The translations under genes and the position numbers were made by a program. The notes under the pieces were generated by a model. That model did no database searches and had not been told where the DNA came from. It saw nothing but the letters and a program-made list of their open reading frames with translations. Shown one piece after another: positions 39,732 to 49,308 of a stretch of 64,000 bases of DNA (within the stretch, counting starts at the first letter, position 1; each line of letters opens with the position of its first letter). Source of the DNA: Fibrobacteria bacterium (GTDB lineage: Bacteria; Fibrobacterota; Fibrobacteria; UBA11236); contig JBGTHM010000053.1 of the NCBI GenBank assembly GCA_041746255.1, positions 59,153 through 123,152 on the forward strand, given 5' to 3'.

Positions 39732-39789
39732 ATTCTTCCGGTTGGAGCAGAAGACCGTCGACTGTCCCCTGTGGCAACCCCGAGAAGCA

Positions 39790-39822
39790 GGGCGAATCCG
39801 ATCTTCGGGACCGGATTCGCCC
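39790..39822. terminator. GC-rich hairpin between lsrF and the hypothetical gene
   Basis: GGGCGAATCCG...CGGATTCGCCC stem, with a cTTCGg loop as read on the + strand. Confidence 0.5.
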
Positions 39823-39859
39823 GTTTGTCAAACAATTGTGAAGCGGGTTAATCCCCGTA

Positions 39860-40741
39860 TCACTTCTTCGAGTGTTTCAGGTCGTTGAACATTTCCAAAG
39901 CCTGCTTCGGTTTGAGATTGTCGTGCACGACGGCTTTTACGGCCCGGATCATGGCAAGCGGAGCTTCGGACTGGAATACGTTCCGGCCCATATCCACGCC
40001 TGCGGCGCCGCAATCGATGGCCTTGTAACAAAGTTCCAGGGCTTCGAGTTCGGGTAATTTTTTACCGCCTGCGATAACAACGGGCACGGGCGTACAGGAA
40101 ACAACCTTTTCGAATCCTTCGGTATAATACGTCTTTACGATACTCGCGCCGTTTTCGGCGCAAATGCGCGCAGCCATCGAGAAGTAGCGAGCATCGCGGG
40201 CCATGTCCTTACCGACCGCGGTTACGCCCATAACGGGGATGTCATAGGTATTTCCCAAGTCCACCAATTTGCTGAAATTCGCGATGGTGATGGCTTCGGT
40301 TTCCGGCTCGCCCACCGAGAGCATGGCCGCCATGGCCGATGCGTTCATGCGAATGGCGTCTTGTTCCGCAATCAATACGTTGAAATTCATTTGCGTCAAA
40401 ATGGTCGTGCCCGTATCGGTGCGCAAGCACAGTGGTTTGTTGACCGTGGGTGGGATGCAGGAACGTATCATTCCGCGGCAGCCCATCAGGCAATCCGCTT
40501 CGGCGGCCAAGGGAGCGATATTCAGGTCGATGCGTTCGAGTCCGGATGTCGGTCCCATCAAAAACCCATGGTCGAAAGCCAGCATTACGGTTCGTCCGGA
40601 TTTTTGATTGAAAATGCGGGACATGCGATTCTTCAGGCCCCAATTGCTGTTGTTAATCCCTTTGAGGTAAAAACCCCGGGTATCCGCCGGCGCGTCGAGT
40701 CCGAAATTACTGCCGTCCCGAATGTCGTCTAAATCTGCCAT
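39860..40741 (-). CDS. lsrF: 3-hydroxy-5-phosphonooxypentane-2,4-dione thiolase LsrF (DhnA-type aldolase family)
   Basis: MADLDDI N-terminus, MLAFDHG...GPTSGLERID, VKTYY, IAGGKKLPE, VDMGRN. Confidence 0.9.
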   Translation of the reverse strand: MADLDDIRDGSNFGLDAPADTRGFYLKGINNSNWGLKNRMSRIFNQKSGRTVMLAFDHGFLMGPTSGLERIDLNIAPLAAEADCLMGCRGMIRSCIPPTVNKPLCLRTDTGTTILTQMNFNVLIAEQDAIRMNASAMAAMLSVGEPETEAITIANFSKLVDLGNTYDIPVMGVTAVGKDMARDARYFSMAARICAENGASIVKTYYTEGFEKVVSCTPVPVVIAGGKKLPELEALELCYKAIDCGAAGVDMGRNVFQSEAPLAMIRAVKAVVHDNLKPKQALEMFNDLKHSKK

Positions 40742-41064
40742 GATTTGCTCTCCTAGTTATGGTTATAGTGAAAAGTTAAAAATGAAACGCCTGTTTTCCG
40801 GATTTCTCACTCGCAGCTGGATTTTACCGGGGTAAATACTTTGGGATTCTTTAAAGTATTAATGTGCTTCTATGCCTGCCACGATTTTATAACAAAATCG
40901 GCAATTTTAGGGATTAAGGGATTCTTCCTGAGATATGCAAAGAAGGCCAAGGGGACGGGTAAAGTGGCCGCCTCCCTTAAATGCTTCTAAAGCGGTTTTT
41001 ACGGATGGCAAAAAACAGCAACCCAAAAAACTCAATTTTGGGTTGCCGGCACCTCTGATAGGGC

Positions 41065-43164
41065 CTATTTCACTTTTTGGAGCGGTTGTACCCATTCATA
41101 ATTCTCACCCTTGACTCGAACCAGGTGAGCATCGGAAGCCATTTGTTCCGGCAGGGTCAGGCTGATTTTTTCGGCCGCCTCGGATTTAAAGGGTTGCTCG
41201 AGAAGCAGGGCTCCGTCGGCCCGGTACATGCTCATGACATAACTTCCCGCGCGGGGCAGGGTTATTTGCATGGATTTGTTGACTAGGGTGATATCCGCCC
41301 GTTCGGCGCTGATTTTGGCTCCGCTTATCCGGGTGGAGGCCTCGGAAACTACGCTTATCACCCAGTCCATCCCTGGATTGGAAGGAGCATTGCCCAAGGC
41401 GATTTTCCCACCGCCATTAACCTGGGTTACGGAACCGTTTTTGAGTGCGCCTCCATTGCGGGGGTCGTACCAGCGAACCAAAAAGGGACCACTGGTTCCT
41501 GTCAAGTCGAGGGTGGTGGTTCCGCCGTTTTTCAAATAAACAACATAAGATTCACCTTGTTTGTAAAAGGTATAGCTATTCGCTGAGGAGCTTTTGCTGT
41601 TGTCATTGACCATTTGATGAAAGGGGATTTTGTTGTTGTAGAAGAATTCCAGGGCGTAGCGGCAATAGTCCCACCATTTATCCCGGCTACGGAAGTCTTC
41701 GAGGGTCAGGTCGGAGTGTGCGTGTTTGTAGCCGAAATACCACTCATTGCCGGCGCCGCCATGCATAAAGGTACCCCAGAGCGCATTCTTACGGCCGTCT
41801 TCATGCGAATTTCCCGCATCGTCGTCGGGGCGAAGCGCGGCACTGGCGTCGCCCGGCTCATCAACGGCAACCACCCATTTCTTACCGGCTTTGGCGGACT
41901 CCCGCACCCACTTATTCACCGAAATGGGGACATCGTCAAATGAGCTGCTTTTAAGCTGCAGCGAGAGTCCGGTCAATTTGGATGCGTTTCCCAGGAGCGC
42001 GTTGTAGACTTTGTCGTGTTCGCTGGGGTAGGTGTGCAATACAACATTGTGGCGATACGGATCATTGTCATAGAAATATTGAGCCATGTCTTTTTGCTGC
42101 TGGGTGGACTGGGTGTTCTCTTCACCCAGATTCCAGTTCAAAGCGAGGTGGTGGGAATAGCGGGCGATTAACTCGCGATAATACATTTTGCGTTCGTTGC
42201 CCACATTGCCGCCATCAAGCGCAGCCCAAGGAGATTTTCCGTTTTGGTCATCATTTTCGGTTTCCTGGGTTTTGAAATGCAAATACATTCCCATTTTATT
42301 GCCATGTTCGAAAACAACTTCCCATTGGTCCAGTTTGGAACAGTCGAACCGGAACCGATCGGCATCTTTGCCGCCTTTGGTATACATAAAGACGTTTTCA
42401 TCATCCCCGCCGATATTATAGGTCAGAAAGGAAAAAACATTCAGTCCCTCGGAGGCCAAATAATTCACGGCGCCGATAAGCCCTTTGCCCTTATCGCCCT
42501 TCCAGGTCGGGTCCCCGGCTTTCCAGTCCTTGACATGCGGCGCATATGCCTTTCTCCTACTGCCGACATTGGGGGTGTTATCGAAATCATTATAGGCCAA
42601 CAAATTTTCGGGAGCATCGGCGCCCTGTTTGAGAAAATATTCCTTGGTTTCCGCAAATTGCAGGTAGTGTTCGCCCACATATTTCAAACGGCCTTTGCCC
42701 CGAAGATCACGGCCCGATTTATCGGTCGCGGCAATCGTGAAAGTGCCTGATTTACCGTCCATGAAACCGGCCGAGGCCCCCGCAGTAGCGTTGGCATTGA
42801 CCGCAATGTTGGTTCCCGAACGGAAAGACGCAGTATAGGTCCAGGTTCCAATGGCATCGGGAGCGAAATGAACCTTCCACTTATTCCCGCCGGCGGCCGA
42901 GGAATTCCCCGCATCGCCATCGGCTGCATAATACCCTGGAACCAGGTAAGTGGCACTCCCATTGGTAAAGGTGACATTCAGCCGGTAATCCGCAAAAGGG
43001 TTGGGGGTCGCGGTTTCCGAGGTCTGAGGCCCCTCAAAAGTGAGGGTGACCTTATGCCATTTCTTCAACTCGCCGGAAATGACTGGATCTGCCTGACCAT
43101 AGGCAAAACCGGTTAGTGCGGCGGATATAAGTAGCTGGAAAACAAGGGACGAAGTAAAGCGCAT
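41065..43164 (-). CDS. Secreted DUF5060 / putative collagen-binding domain protein (likely glycan-active) with C-terminal tail
   Basis: GGAGGAG RBS before ATG 43164; GELKKWHKVTL, VPGYYAADG, WNLGEEN, WYDPRNGG. Confidence 0.8.
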   Translation of the reverse strand: MRFTSSLVFQLLISAALTGFAYGQADPVISGELKKWHKVTLTFEGPQTSETATPNPFADYRLNVTFTNGSATYLVPGYYAADGDAGNSSAAGGNKWKVHFAPDAIGTWTYTASFRSGTNIAVNANATAGASAGFMDGKSGTFTIAATDKSGRDLRGKGRLKYVGEHYLQFAETKEYFLKQGADAPENLLAYNDFDNTPNVGSRRKAYAPHVKDWKAGDPTWKGDKGKGLIGAVNYLASEGLNVFSFLTYNIGGDDENVFMYTKGGKDADRFRFDCSKLDQWEVVFEHGNKMGMYLHFKTQETENDDQNGKSPWAALDGGNVGNERKMYYRELIARYSHHLALNWNLGEENTQSTQQQKDMAQYFYDNDPYRHNVVLHTYPSEHDKVYNALLGNASKLTGLSLQLKSSSFDDVPISVNKWVRESAKAGKKWVVAVDEPGDASAALRPDDDAGNSHEDGRKNALWGTFMHGGAGNEWYFGYKHAHSDLTLEDFRSRDKWWDYCRYALEFFYNNKIPFHQMVNDNSKSSSANSYTFYKQGESYVVYLKNGGTTTLDLTGTSGPFLVRWYDPRNGGALKNGSVTQVNGGGKIALGNAPSNPGMDWVISVVSEASTRISGAKISAERADITLVNKSMQITLPRAGSYVMSMYRADGALLLEQPFKSEAAEKISLTLPEQMASDAHLVRVKGENYEWVQPLQKVK

Positions 43165-43618
43165 TGCTCCTCCAATATTAAAAATTGTTTCTACGACGCT
43201 ATCTGATAGTGACCGTATCCCCAATGGTTTGATTGGGTTAATGTACCGCCGACAACGGGTTAAAGCCAGGGAAATTATGCCATGTATCGGGATAAGCCGG
43301 CAGAACGTCGCCACTTCAATCTCACAGGTGGGGTGATTAGACAACGATACGGCAACACTTACTTGTTTACCCCAAAAAGATCAAATACGGAAACCCTTTC
43401 GAGGCGGTAATTATACTCGGATTGGGAAACACACATGATAAAAAACACGTCGAAACAAAAATTCTGTTCCTAAATGGAAACAACCTCATATTATGGTTGA
43501 TGAATGGAAAGATGGAATGCGCGATTGAGGCGCGGGCAGTAATTTGAAAGAGGTACAACCGGATCCGATATCCGCATGAGCCGGGTCCGTATTTCGTTTT
43601 ATTGACAAGGGAATCCGT

Positions 43619-45046
43619 ATGCAACCGACTTATCTAGCTGGAATGATTTTATTAGCGGTTTCATTTTCCGCGCATGCGCAACCCATGCAGCATTCGGGTT
43701 TACTGCATACCAAGGAACAATTGGCTGTTGTCAAAGACAGGATAAAAAAGGGTGAAGAGCCTTGGAAAACCGCATTTGAAAAGATGAAGAAAAGTCCGCA
43801 ATCCTCCCTTTCCTACAATCCCAAGCCACGCGCAAACGTGGAATGCGGGGGTCACAACAACCCGAATCACGGTTGTGACGACATGACCCAGGACGCGCGG
43901 ACGGCATACACCCATGCCCTGCATTGGATGCTCACCGACAATCAAGCCCATGCCGATAAAGCCATACAAATTTTGAACGCTTGGGCAAATGTCCACAAAA
44001 TGAACACGAATAGCAACGCACCCCTGGTGGTTGGTTGGGCGGGTCCTCCCTTTATTTATGCCGCAGAGCTGCTCCGCTATTCGAACTCGGGATGGAAGCA
44101 GGACGACATCAAAAAATTTGAAAATTATATCCGTTCCGTGTACATCCCGGTTACCGATAACCGAACGCCTCCCGCACCGAACTGGATGTTTTCCATCTTG
44201 GAAGTACGCATGGCGGTAGCGGTTTTTACCGACGATAGAAAGCTTTGGGACGAGTCGCTGGAGACTTGGCGCTATCGGATTAAAACCTCGATTTACCAGA
44301 AAGTAGATGGTCCTGAACCCATTCGCTTCGGAGAAAAATCGGATGCCTTTATGGACAAATGGTGGTGGGGCGCATTTAAACATAAAGTTTGGTATGAAGG
44401 TATGGCGCAGGAAACCTGTCGCGATATGCCGCATAATCAACTGGGCCTCTACGGCATGACGGCTACCGCGGAAATAGCGTGGCACCAAGGGGTGAAGCTA
44501 TACGAAGAGGAGAAAAAGCGACTGGCTGATTTCATGGAATTCCATGCGAAAATTCTCATGGGAGACGCTCGACCGGCAGGTCTTTGCCCGGTTCCTAAGG
44601 CCACCAGTATTCAGAACACCTGGGAAATCGGCTACAACCATTTGGTGAATGTTCTGGGAATGAACTTACCCAATTCGCTTCGCGTCATAAAAAAGATTCG
44701 TCCGACCAATTCCGAAAGGCATATGTGGAAGTGGGAATCGCTCACGCATGCGGAAGTCGGCAAATACGCGGCATCCCTCCCCAACGCAATTCCACGAAAT
44801 GCCTACACGCAAGGATCGTCATTGGTTGATTGGAAAAATTCCAGGATAGACCTTTACGATCTTTCCGGAACAGTTCGGCACTCGTTTCAGGTGATGACGC
44901 CAACCGCTGTTAACAGCCGGATAGAGCTTCCGCTCGGCCTGTATTTGGCACGCATCCGGGCCGGTGATAAGACTATGACCAAGCTGGTTACACTGACGAG
45001 CAACAATCAAAAGGAGCTTGAATCAGCATTGTTTGGTGCTGAGTAG
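43619..45046 (+). CDS. Secreted alginate lyase family (alpha/alpha toroid) protein with C-terminal tail
   Basis: Signal peptide; HSGLLHT, AYTHALHW...AIQILNAW, AAELLRY, QETCRDMPH. Confidence 0.8.
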   Translation: MQPTYLAGMILLAVSFSAHAQPMQHSGLLHTKEQLAVVKDRIKKGEEPWKTAFEKMKKSPQSSLSYNPKPRANVECGGHNNPNHGCDDMTQDARTAYTHALHWMLTDNQAHADKAIQILNAWANVHKMNTNSNAPLVVGWAGPPFIYAAELLRYSNSGWKQDDIKKFENYIRSVYIPVTDNRTPPAPNWMFSILEVRMAVAVFTDDRKLWDESLETWRYRIKTSIYQKVDGPEPIRFGEKSDAFMDKWWWGAFKHKVWYEGMAQETCRDMPHNQLGLYGMTATAEIAWHQGVKLYEEEKKRLADFMEFHAKILMGDARPAGLCPVPKATSIQNTWEIGYNHLVNVLGMNLPNSLRVIKKIRPTNSERHMWKWESLTHAEVGKYAASLPNAIPRNAYTQGSSLVDWKNSRIDLYDLSGTVRHSFQVMTPTAVNSRIELPLGLYLARIRAGDKTMTKLVTLTSNNQKELESALFGAE

Positions 45047-45199
45047 GCGACCAAGCGGAATCGCTACCTTCTTCTCGGGTTCTCATTGCGGAAAGAGTAC
45101 GCTTCCAAACCGGCCGCACCGTCCAGGTTGATTAAAGGGCCACCTCCACCAGTTCGTTTTTCACATCGATTCCCGACCTGAGTATGCCGTAAGTAGAAT

Positions 45200-46612
45200 T
45201 TATTCCAATTGGATTTTCAGGCTGTTGCCGTCGGAATTTTCCAGGATATAATGCCCTGGTCCGCGACCGCGAAAATCCACGTCTAGACTCCTATCGGAAA
45301 TGAATTCCCGGCCCTGGAAATCGCGAAGTTTCCAGTCGACGAGGCGATCGAGTCGGTAAAATCCCGGGTGGATAGGGTAGACTTTCTCCCGCTGATGGAA
45401 GGCTGAGAGTCTCGGCGAGGGGAGAACTGAAACTGCGCCGTCTGGACCCAGTGTAAAGGGGATACCGTCGCTTATCAGGGTTTCCGGCTTGGAAGTCCAC
45501 CTTCCCATGTTCCTTGGGCCCGTGGTTGTCTTCATTTCCTTTATCAAGGGAAGCTGCATTTTCAGTCTATCCGCAAAATGCCGGTAGGCCGTATCCCAGG
45601 AATCCTTTCCACAAGGCATTTTCCGGGTGCCGGTACCCACGGGACTGCCGCTCCCCGTGCAGGAGACTTGGCCATCGCATACCGTGGCAGGAACTGCTTC
45701 GATTCCCATAGTCCACTTGGCATGGGTATTCATGAAGGCGGTCAAGCGCTCCTTTTCTTCCGCGAAAAGATCCACTTTTTGCGTCCATGCCATTTGGGCC
45801 GCGCCGATGACGGAATTGAAACCCAATTTAGAATGCCCATAGTCGCGGCAGGTTTCCATGCATTGTCCTTCGACAAAGGTTTTGCTGTTCCATATGGAGA
45901 TAGGCCTGCGGATTGTCTTAGGGGTGCCATCGGAATTCAGGTAGAAATAGGTTGGAATATACATGCGCCAATTGTCAATCGCCTTTTCGAATTGCGCGCG
46001 GTCATCCAAAAAAATGGCGATGGCTGTTTGCGCCTCTATTTGCGTCATCAGAGCATTGTTATACATCTGCCCGTCGCTTGCGTGATGCAGGAGTTTTTTG
46101 GCCATCAGCTTGAATTGATCCACGTCCTTATCCGCCCAGCCTGCATCCGTATGCCGGATGATTTCAGCGGCGTTCGCATAGAAAACCGCTGCCCACGAGG
46201 CCAATAGCTTATCATTGAAATCCGAGTTTTTCTCGTACTTATAAGACCATGCATTCAATATTTGAATGGCTTTATCGGCATGGGCTGGATTTTTGGTAAC
46301 CACCCATTGCATCGATTGAGCATAAGCCGCCATTCCGTCATCGACCATTTGTTCGCACCCGATATTGGGATCGTTGTGGCGGCCGCATATTACCTCCACG
46401 TAAGCCTTATGGGCATAGTCCATACCTCCCCAACGCCCCTTCTGTAGCTGTTCGAAAGCTGCCGTCCAGGGTTCTTGTCGGGCGTTTACTTTCTGAGCGA
46501 TAAAATTCAATTCCGCCAGGGAGTTGAAACCGCCGGGGTGGATCAGATCCTGGGTAAGCGCCGGGGAGCAGGCGAACGAAAGGCAGATCAGAAAAATTAT
46601 CGGCTTGGCCAT
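45200..46612 (-). CDS. Secreted alginate lyase family protein (paralog of 43619)
   Basis: HPGGF, AIQILNAW, NAAEIIRH, ETCRDYGH; short C-terminal tail. Confidence 0.8.
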   Translation of the reverse strand: MAKPIIFLICLSFACSPALTQDLIHPGGFNSLAELNFIAQKVNARQEPWTAAFEQLQKGRWGGMDYAHKAYVEVICGRHNDPNIGCEQMVDDGMAAYAQSMQWVVTKNPAHADKAIQILNAWSYKYEKNSDFNDKLLASWAAVFYANAAEIIRHTDAGWADKDVDQFKLMAKKLLHHASDGQMYNNALMTQIEAQTAIAIFLDDRAQFEKAIDNWRMYIPTYFYLNSDGTPKTIRRPISIWNSKTFVEGQCMETCRDYGHSKLGFNSVIGAAQMAWTQKVDLFAEEKERLTAFMNTHAKWTMGIEAVPATVCDGQVSCTGSGSPVGTGTRKMPCGKDSWDTAYRHFADRLKMQLPLIKEMKTTTGPRNMGRWTSKPETLISDGIPFTLGPDGAVSVLPSPRLSAFHQREKVYPIHPGFYRLDRLVDWKLRDFQGREFISDRSLDVDFRGRGPGHYILENSDGNSLKIQLE

Positions 46613-46708
46613 CTGGCGTTTTCCTTCATCTTAGCGAACCCTAAAATACGGTTATATCCGGAAACGGTGCCAATAGCAGGGAAAGGTTGAGAACGATTCT
46701 GTGCCGGC

Positions 46709-47713
46709 TTAATCTTCCGGATGAGTGAAATCATAGAATGACCCAGGCGGCTTCCAGAGTTTTCCATCGGCACCGAAAAATCGTTCCTTACCATTTTTAT
46801 TTTCACGGAAAAGCGTTCTCATTGGGATGATTTCACTATTTCGCGAGTAGTTGCGAAGTCGCGATTCACTTTGGACACCCAATATTGATAGCGGAAAGAC
46901 ACTACTGGACGGTTTGGCTGATTCCAGGTCCGAAGCGATGCGCAGATCGCCCACATAATGAGTAATCGTAGTGCCGACGACACTCCCATTATAGATTCCC
47001 CACTTCGGTGCGGTTTCATCGCCATCCATGGTCTTGTGATAAACCCGAGTGCCTCCCGTGAGTAACTCCTGCTTTTCCTCATTGAAATAGACCTCAAGAT
47101 ATCCCTCCTTGCTGTTGCGGGATAATTTGATTGCCAATACCATACTGAACCAGGTATTGGCTTTGACGGATTTTTTCCAAATAGTTTTGATTTTTCCATT
47201 TTGGTTCTGCATCCAATTGGCATCGTAAGTTCGGATTTCCAGTACCCGCCCGTTGTATTCCATAACGAAGGGGTAGTTTTGCGTTGAATTCGGATAGGAT
47301 TTCCATTGAAAAACCGTGGCATTGCCCCGGAAATTTTCTGGAATGTCAATTCGGCTTCGCCATCCTATGTAATAGGTTTCACCGACAACCTGTTTGAATC
47401 CTTCCGCACCTCGAATTTCCGCCCGCTTGTCCGGCGCGGGTTTATGGACTCTCCAGACATTGCCATATGTGGCATCCTTGTAGGGAGTGATTGTCCCCGT
47501 TGGAGTTCCCCCGTAACTGTCACTGCTGGTTTCTCGCTGGAAATTCAAGTTGTTGAAAACTTCCTTTCCCTTATCCGGATCCCCGTACCAGATCAACCCA
47601 CCGAAACCCGGTGCGAATGCCATGGCGGTAATAATCATCAAGGTGTGCAAATACAGTATATCCTCGCCTTCTTCGGCGATTGGATTTACCCCAATCCCAG
47701 GACAGAAAACCAT
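46709..47713 (-). CDS. Secreted polysaccharide lyase-like protein (heparin lyase I / beta-jelly-roll type)
   Basis: KRAEIRG, YYIGWR, VFQWKSY, GYLEVYFN, PKWGIY; true start probably about 20 codons downstream. Confidence 0.7.
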   Translation of the reverse strand: MVFCPGIGVNPIAEEGEDILYLHTLMIITAMAFAPGFGGLIWYGDPDKGKEVFNNLNFQRETSSDSYGGTPTGTITPYKDATYGNVWRVHKPAPDKRAEIRGAEGFKQVVGETYYIGWRSRIDIPENFRGNATVFQWKSYPNSTQNYPFVMEYNGRVLEIRTYDANWMQNQNGKIKTIWKKSVKANTWFSMVLAIKLSRNSKEGYLEVYFNEEKQELLTGGTRVYHKTMDGDETAPKWGIYNGSVVGTTITHYVGDLRIASDLESAKPSSSVFPLSILGVQSESRLRNYSRNSEIIPMRTLFRENKNGKERFFGADGKLWKPPGSFYDFTHPED

Positions 47714-47898
47714 CCGACCCAGTCCAGTAATTTATGCCGGCAACTGAAAATGGCCCGGTAATTCCCAAAAAAGAATGAACACTTTAAGAGTTTTTTGGGT
47801 TTTTTAGGGCGACGCCGGGTGGAGGGAGCAGGGGCAAATCGTTTCCAGCAGTAGAAAACCGAACCGGCCAAAGCACAATGTTCGCTGGAAGTTCCTTT

Positions 47899-48178
47899 TC
47901 AGAAAGTCCTTTTACAAGTTCTGCGGCTCCCAAACTCAGATAGGAAAAACAGAGTTAGGCCTATCAGAATGACGAAATCTGCGACGTTAAAGATGCCAGT
48001 CCGCAACCAGCCGATACCGAGGTTCATAAAATGGACGACGCTTCCGTGAACAACGCGGTCAATCCAATTGGACAGTCCCCCAGCGATTAAAAGTGTCAGC
48101 CCAGTCATTTGAAGGAAGGTGCCTTTAAACCGAAGTAAGTAAATCACTAAAATGAGCAAAACACCCCAGCGGTGAAAA
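47899..48178 (-). pseudogene. lspA: Truncated lipoprotein signal peptidase II remnant
   Basis: GGLSNWIDRVVHGSVVHFM...GIFNVAD; N-terminal half missing, apparent frameshift near 48160, VVDF changed to VVHF. Confidence 0.75.
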
Positions 48179-48181
48179 TCG

Positions 48182-48658
48182 CTATTTCGTCAATTTTGAC
48201 TTCTTGTTTTGACTTTGCATCCAAAGGGAGTCTATCTGGCGTTTGGTCGGGTTAATAATGTTTTCGCTGCACAGCGAGGTGGAGTAAAACGATTCACATT
48301 TGTTTTGCTCAAGAGTAGCGAAAATCATTACCGTGTCCGAAAAATCGAATTCGAATCCACACGCAGCCGATTCAAGGGCGGTTCGGACCCGCATCCACTT
48401 TGCCTCTGCTTTCTTTCCGCCCTTCCACATATGATTGACGGAAAATTCCATTTCCTTCTCATGGTTCAATGAGTCGACCTTTTCGGAAACCAAATGGCCT
48501 ACGAAAACCAAATCGCTAAGGTTTCTGCGTTCAATCAAATTGCCTTGCGTTGCGCAGCTGCAAGCTTGGGATATTGCTGGAATAAAGAAAATAAACAAGA
48601 GCGCAACCCGTAAAATCGAGGTGACGCTATTTTTGGATTTTCCCGGTGATCGTTGCAT
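48182..48658 (-). CDS. Secreted TIMP/NTR-like protein
   Basis: Signal peptide ending SQA followed by CSC; DLVFVG, SAACGFEF, TSLCS. Confidence 0.6.
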   Translation of the reverse strand: MQRSPGKSKNSVTSILRVALLFIFFIPAISQACSCATQGNLIERRNLSDLVFVGHLVSEKVDSLNHEKEMEFSVNHMWKGGKKAEAKWMRVRTALESAACGFEFDFSDTVMIFATLEQNKCESFYSTSLCSENIINPTKRQIDSLWMQSQNKKSKLTK

Positions 48659-48750
48659 ATCGCTCCTTTTACTGACTATTGGTATTACTATACGATTTTA
48701 TCAATGGTATACAGTTATGGGTATATCATGAGCCCGAATCTCTCCTGTTA

Positions 48751-49308
48751 TCACGATTTCCTGCGTAATTCGTAGTGCAACTCGACCATTCCGATTCCCA
48801 TTTTCCGAACGGATTGCAGTTGAAGTTCGGGACTTAACACCCTGCGCGGAAAAAGCGGCTTCCCCTTCCCTAAGGTCACGGAACCGATTTGGAGGATGAA
48901 TTCGTCTAAGAGCCCCGCATCATAAAACTGGCCGGCAAGGTCCCCGCCCCCCACTATCCAGATATTTTTATCGCCGGCAGCCGACCGCATTTCGGAATGA
49001 ATCCGGCTCACTTCTCCCTGGGCGAATCGAATGTCAGCGCCTTCAATCAAAGGAAGGGTGCGATGGGTGAAAACCCAGACCGGCTGGGTATAAGGCCAGG
49101 CCGAACCAACCTCGGCGGCGACTTTGTCCGCGTTGCGAAGTATCCACTCATAAGTTGCCGAACCCATTGCCAATGCGCCTACTTTGGTAATGAACTCCGG
49201 GTAACTCGAGTCGTTCGGGTCGCCCAATGGAAAAAGCCAATCCAAAGAGTCGTCCTCAGTGGCGATAAATCCATCCAGGCTTGTTGCGGTGAAATATTGG
49301 GTTTTCAT
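48751..49308 (-). CDS. Dihydrofolate reductase family (RibD C-terminal-like) protein
   Basis: ATSLDGFIA, MGSATY, IWIVGGGDLA, LGKGKPLF. Confidence 0.9.
   Translation of the reverse strand: MKTQYFTATSLDGFIATEDDSLDWLFPLGDPNDSSYPEFITKVGALAMGSATYEWILRNADKVAAEVGSAWPYTQPVWVFTHRTLPLIEGADIRFAQGEVSRIHSEMRSAAGDKNIWIVGGGDLAGQFYDAGLLDEFILQIGSVTLGKGKPLFPRRVLSPELQLQSVRKMGIGMVELHYELRRKS

Noticed and set aside
40865..40881. TGGCAGGCATAGAAGCA upstream of lsrF as a sigma54 promoter
   Set aside because: The GG-GC spacer is 11 nt, not the required 10.
46657..46672. TGGCACCGTTTCCGGA upstream of the 46612 gene as a sigma54 promoter
   Set aside because: Good -24 element, but the -12 position is GG rather than GC and no enhancer pair was seen.
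48182..49308. Short AT-richer genes as integron cassettes
   Set aside because: No attC-like RYYYAAC...GTTRRRY inverted structures and no integrase were found.
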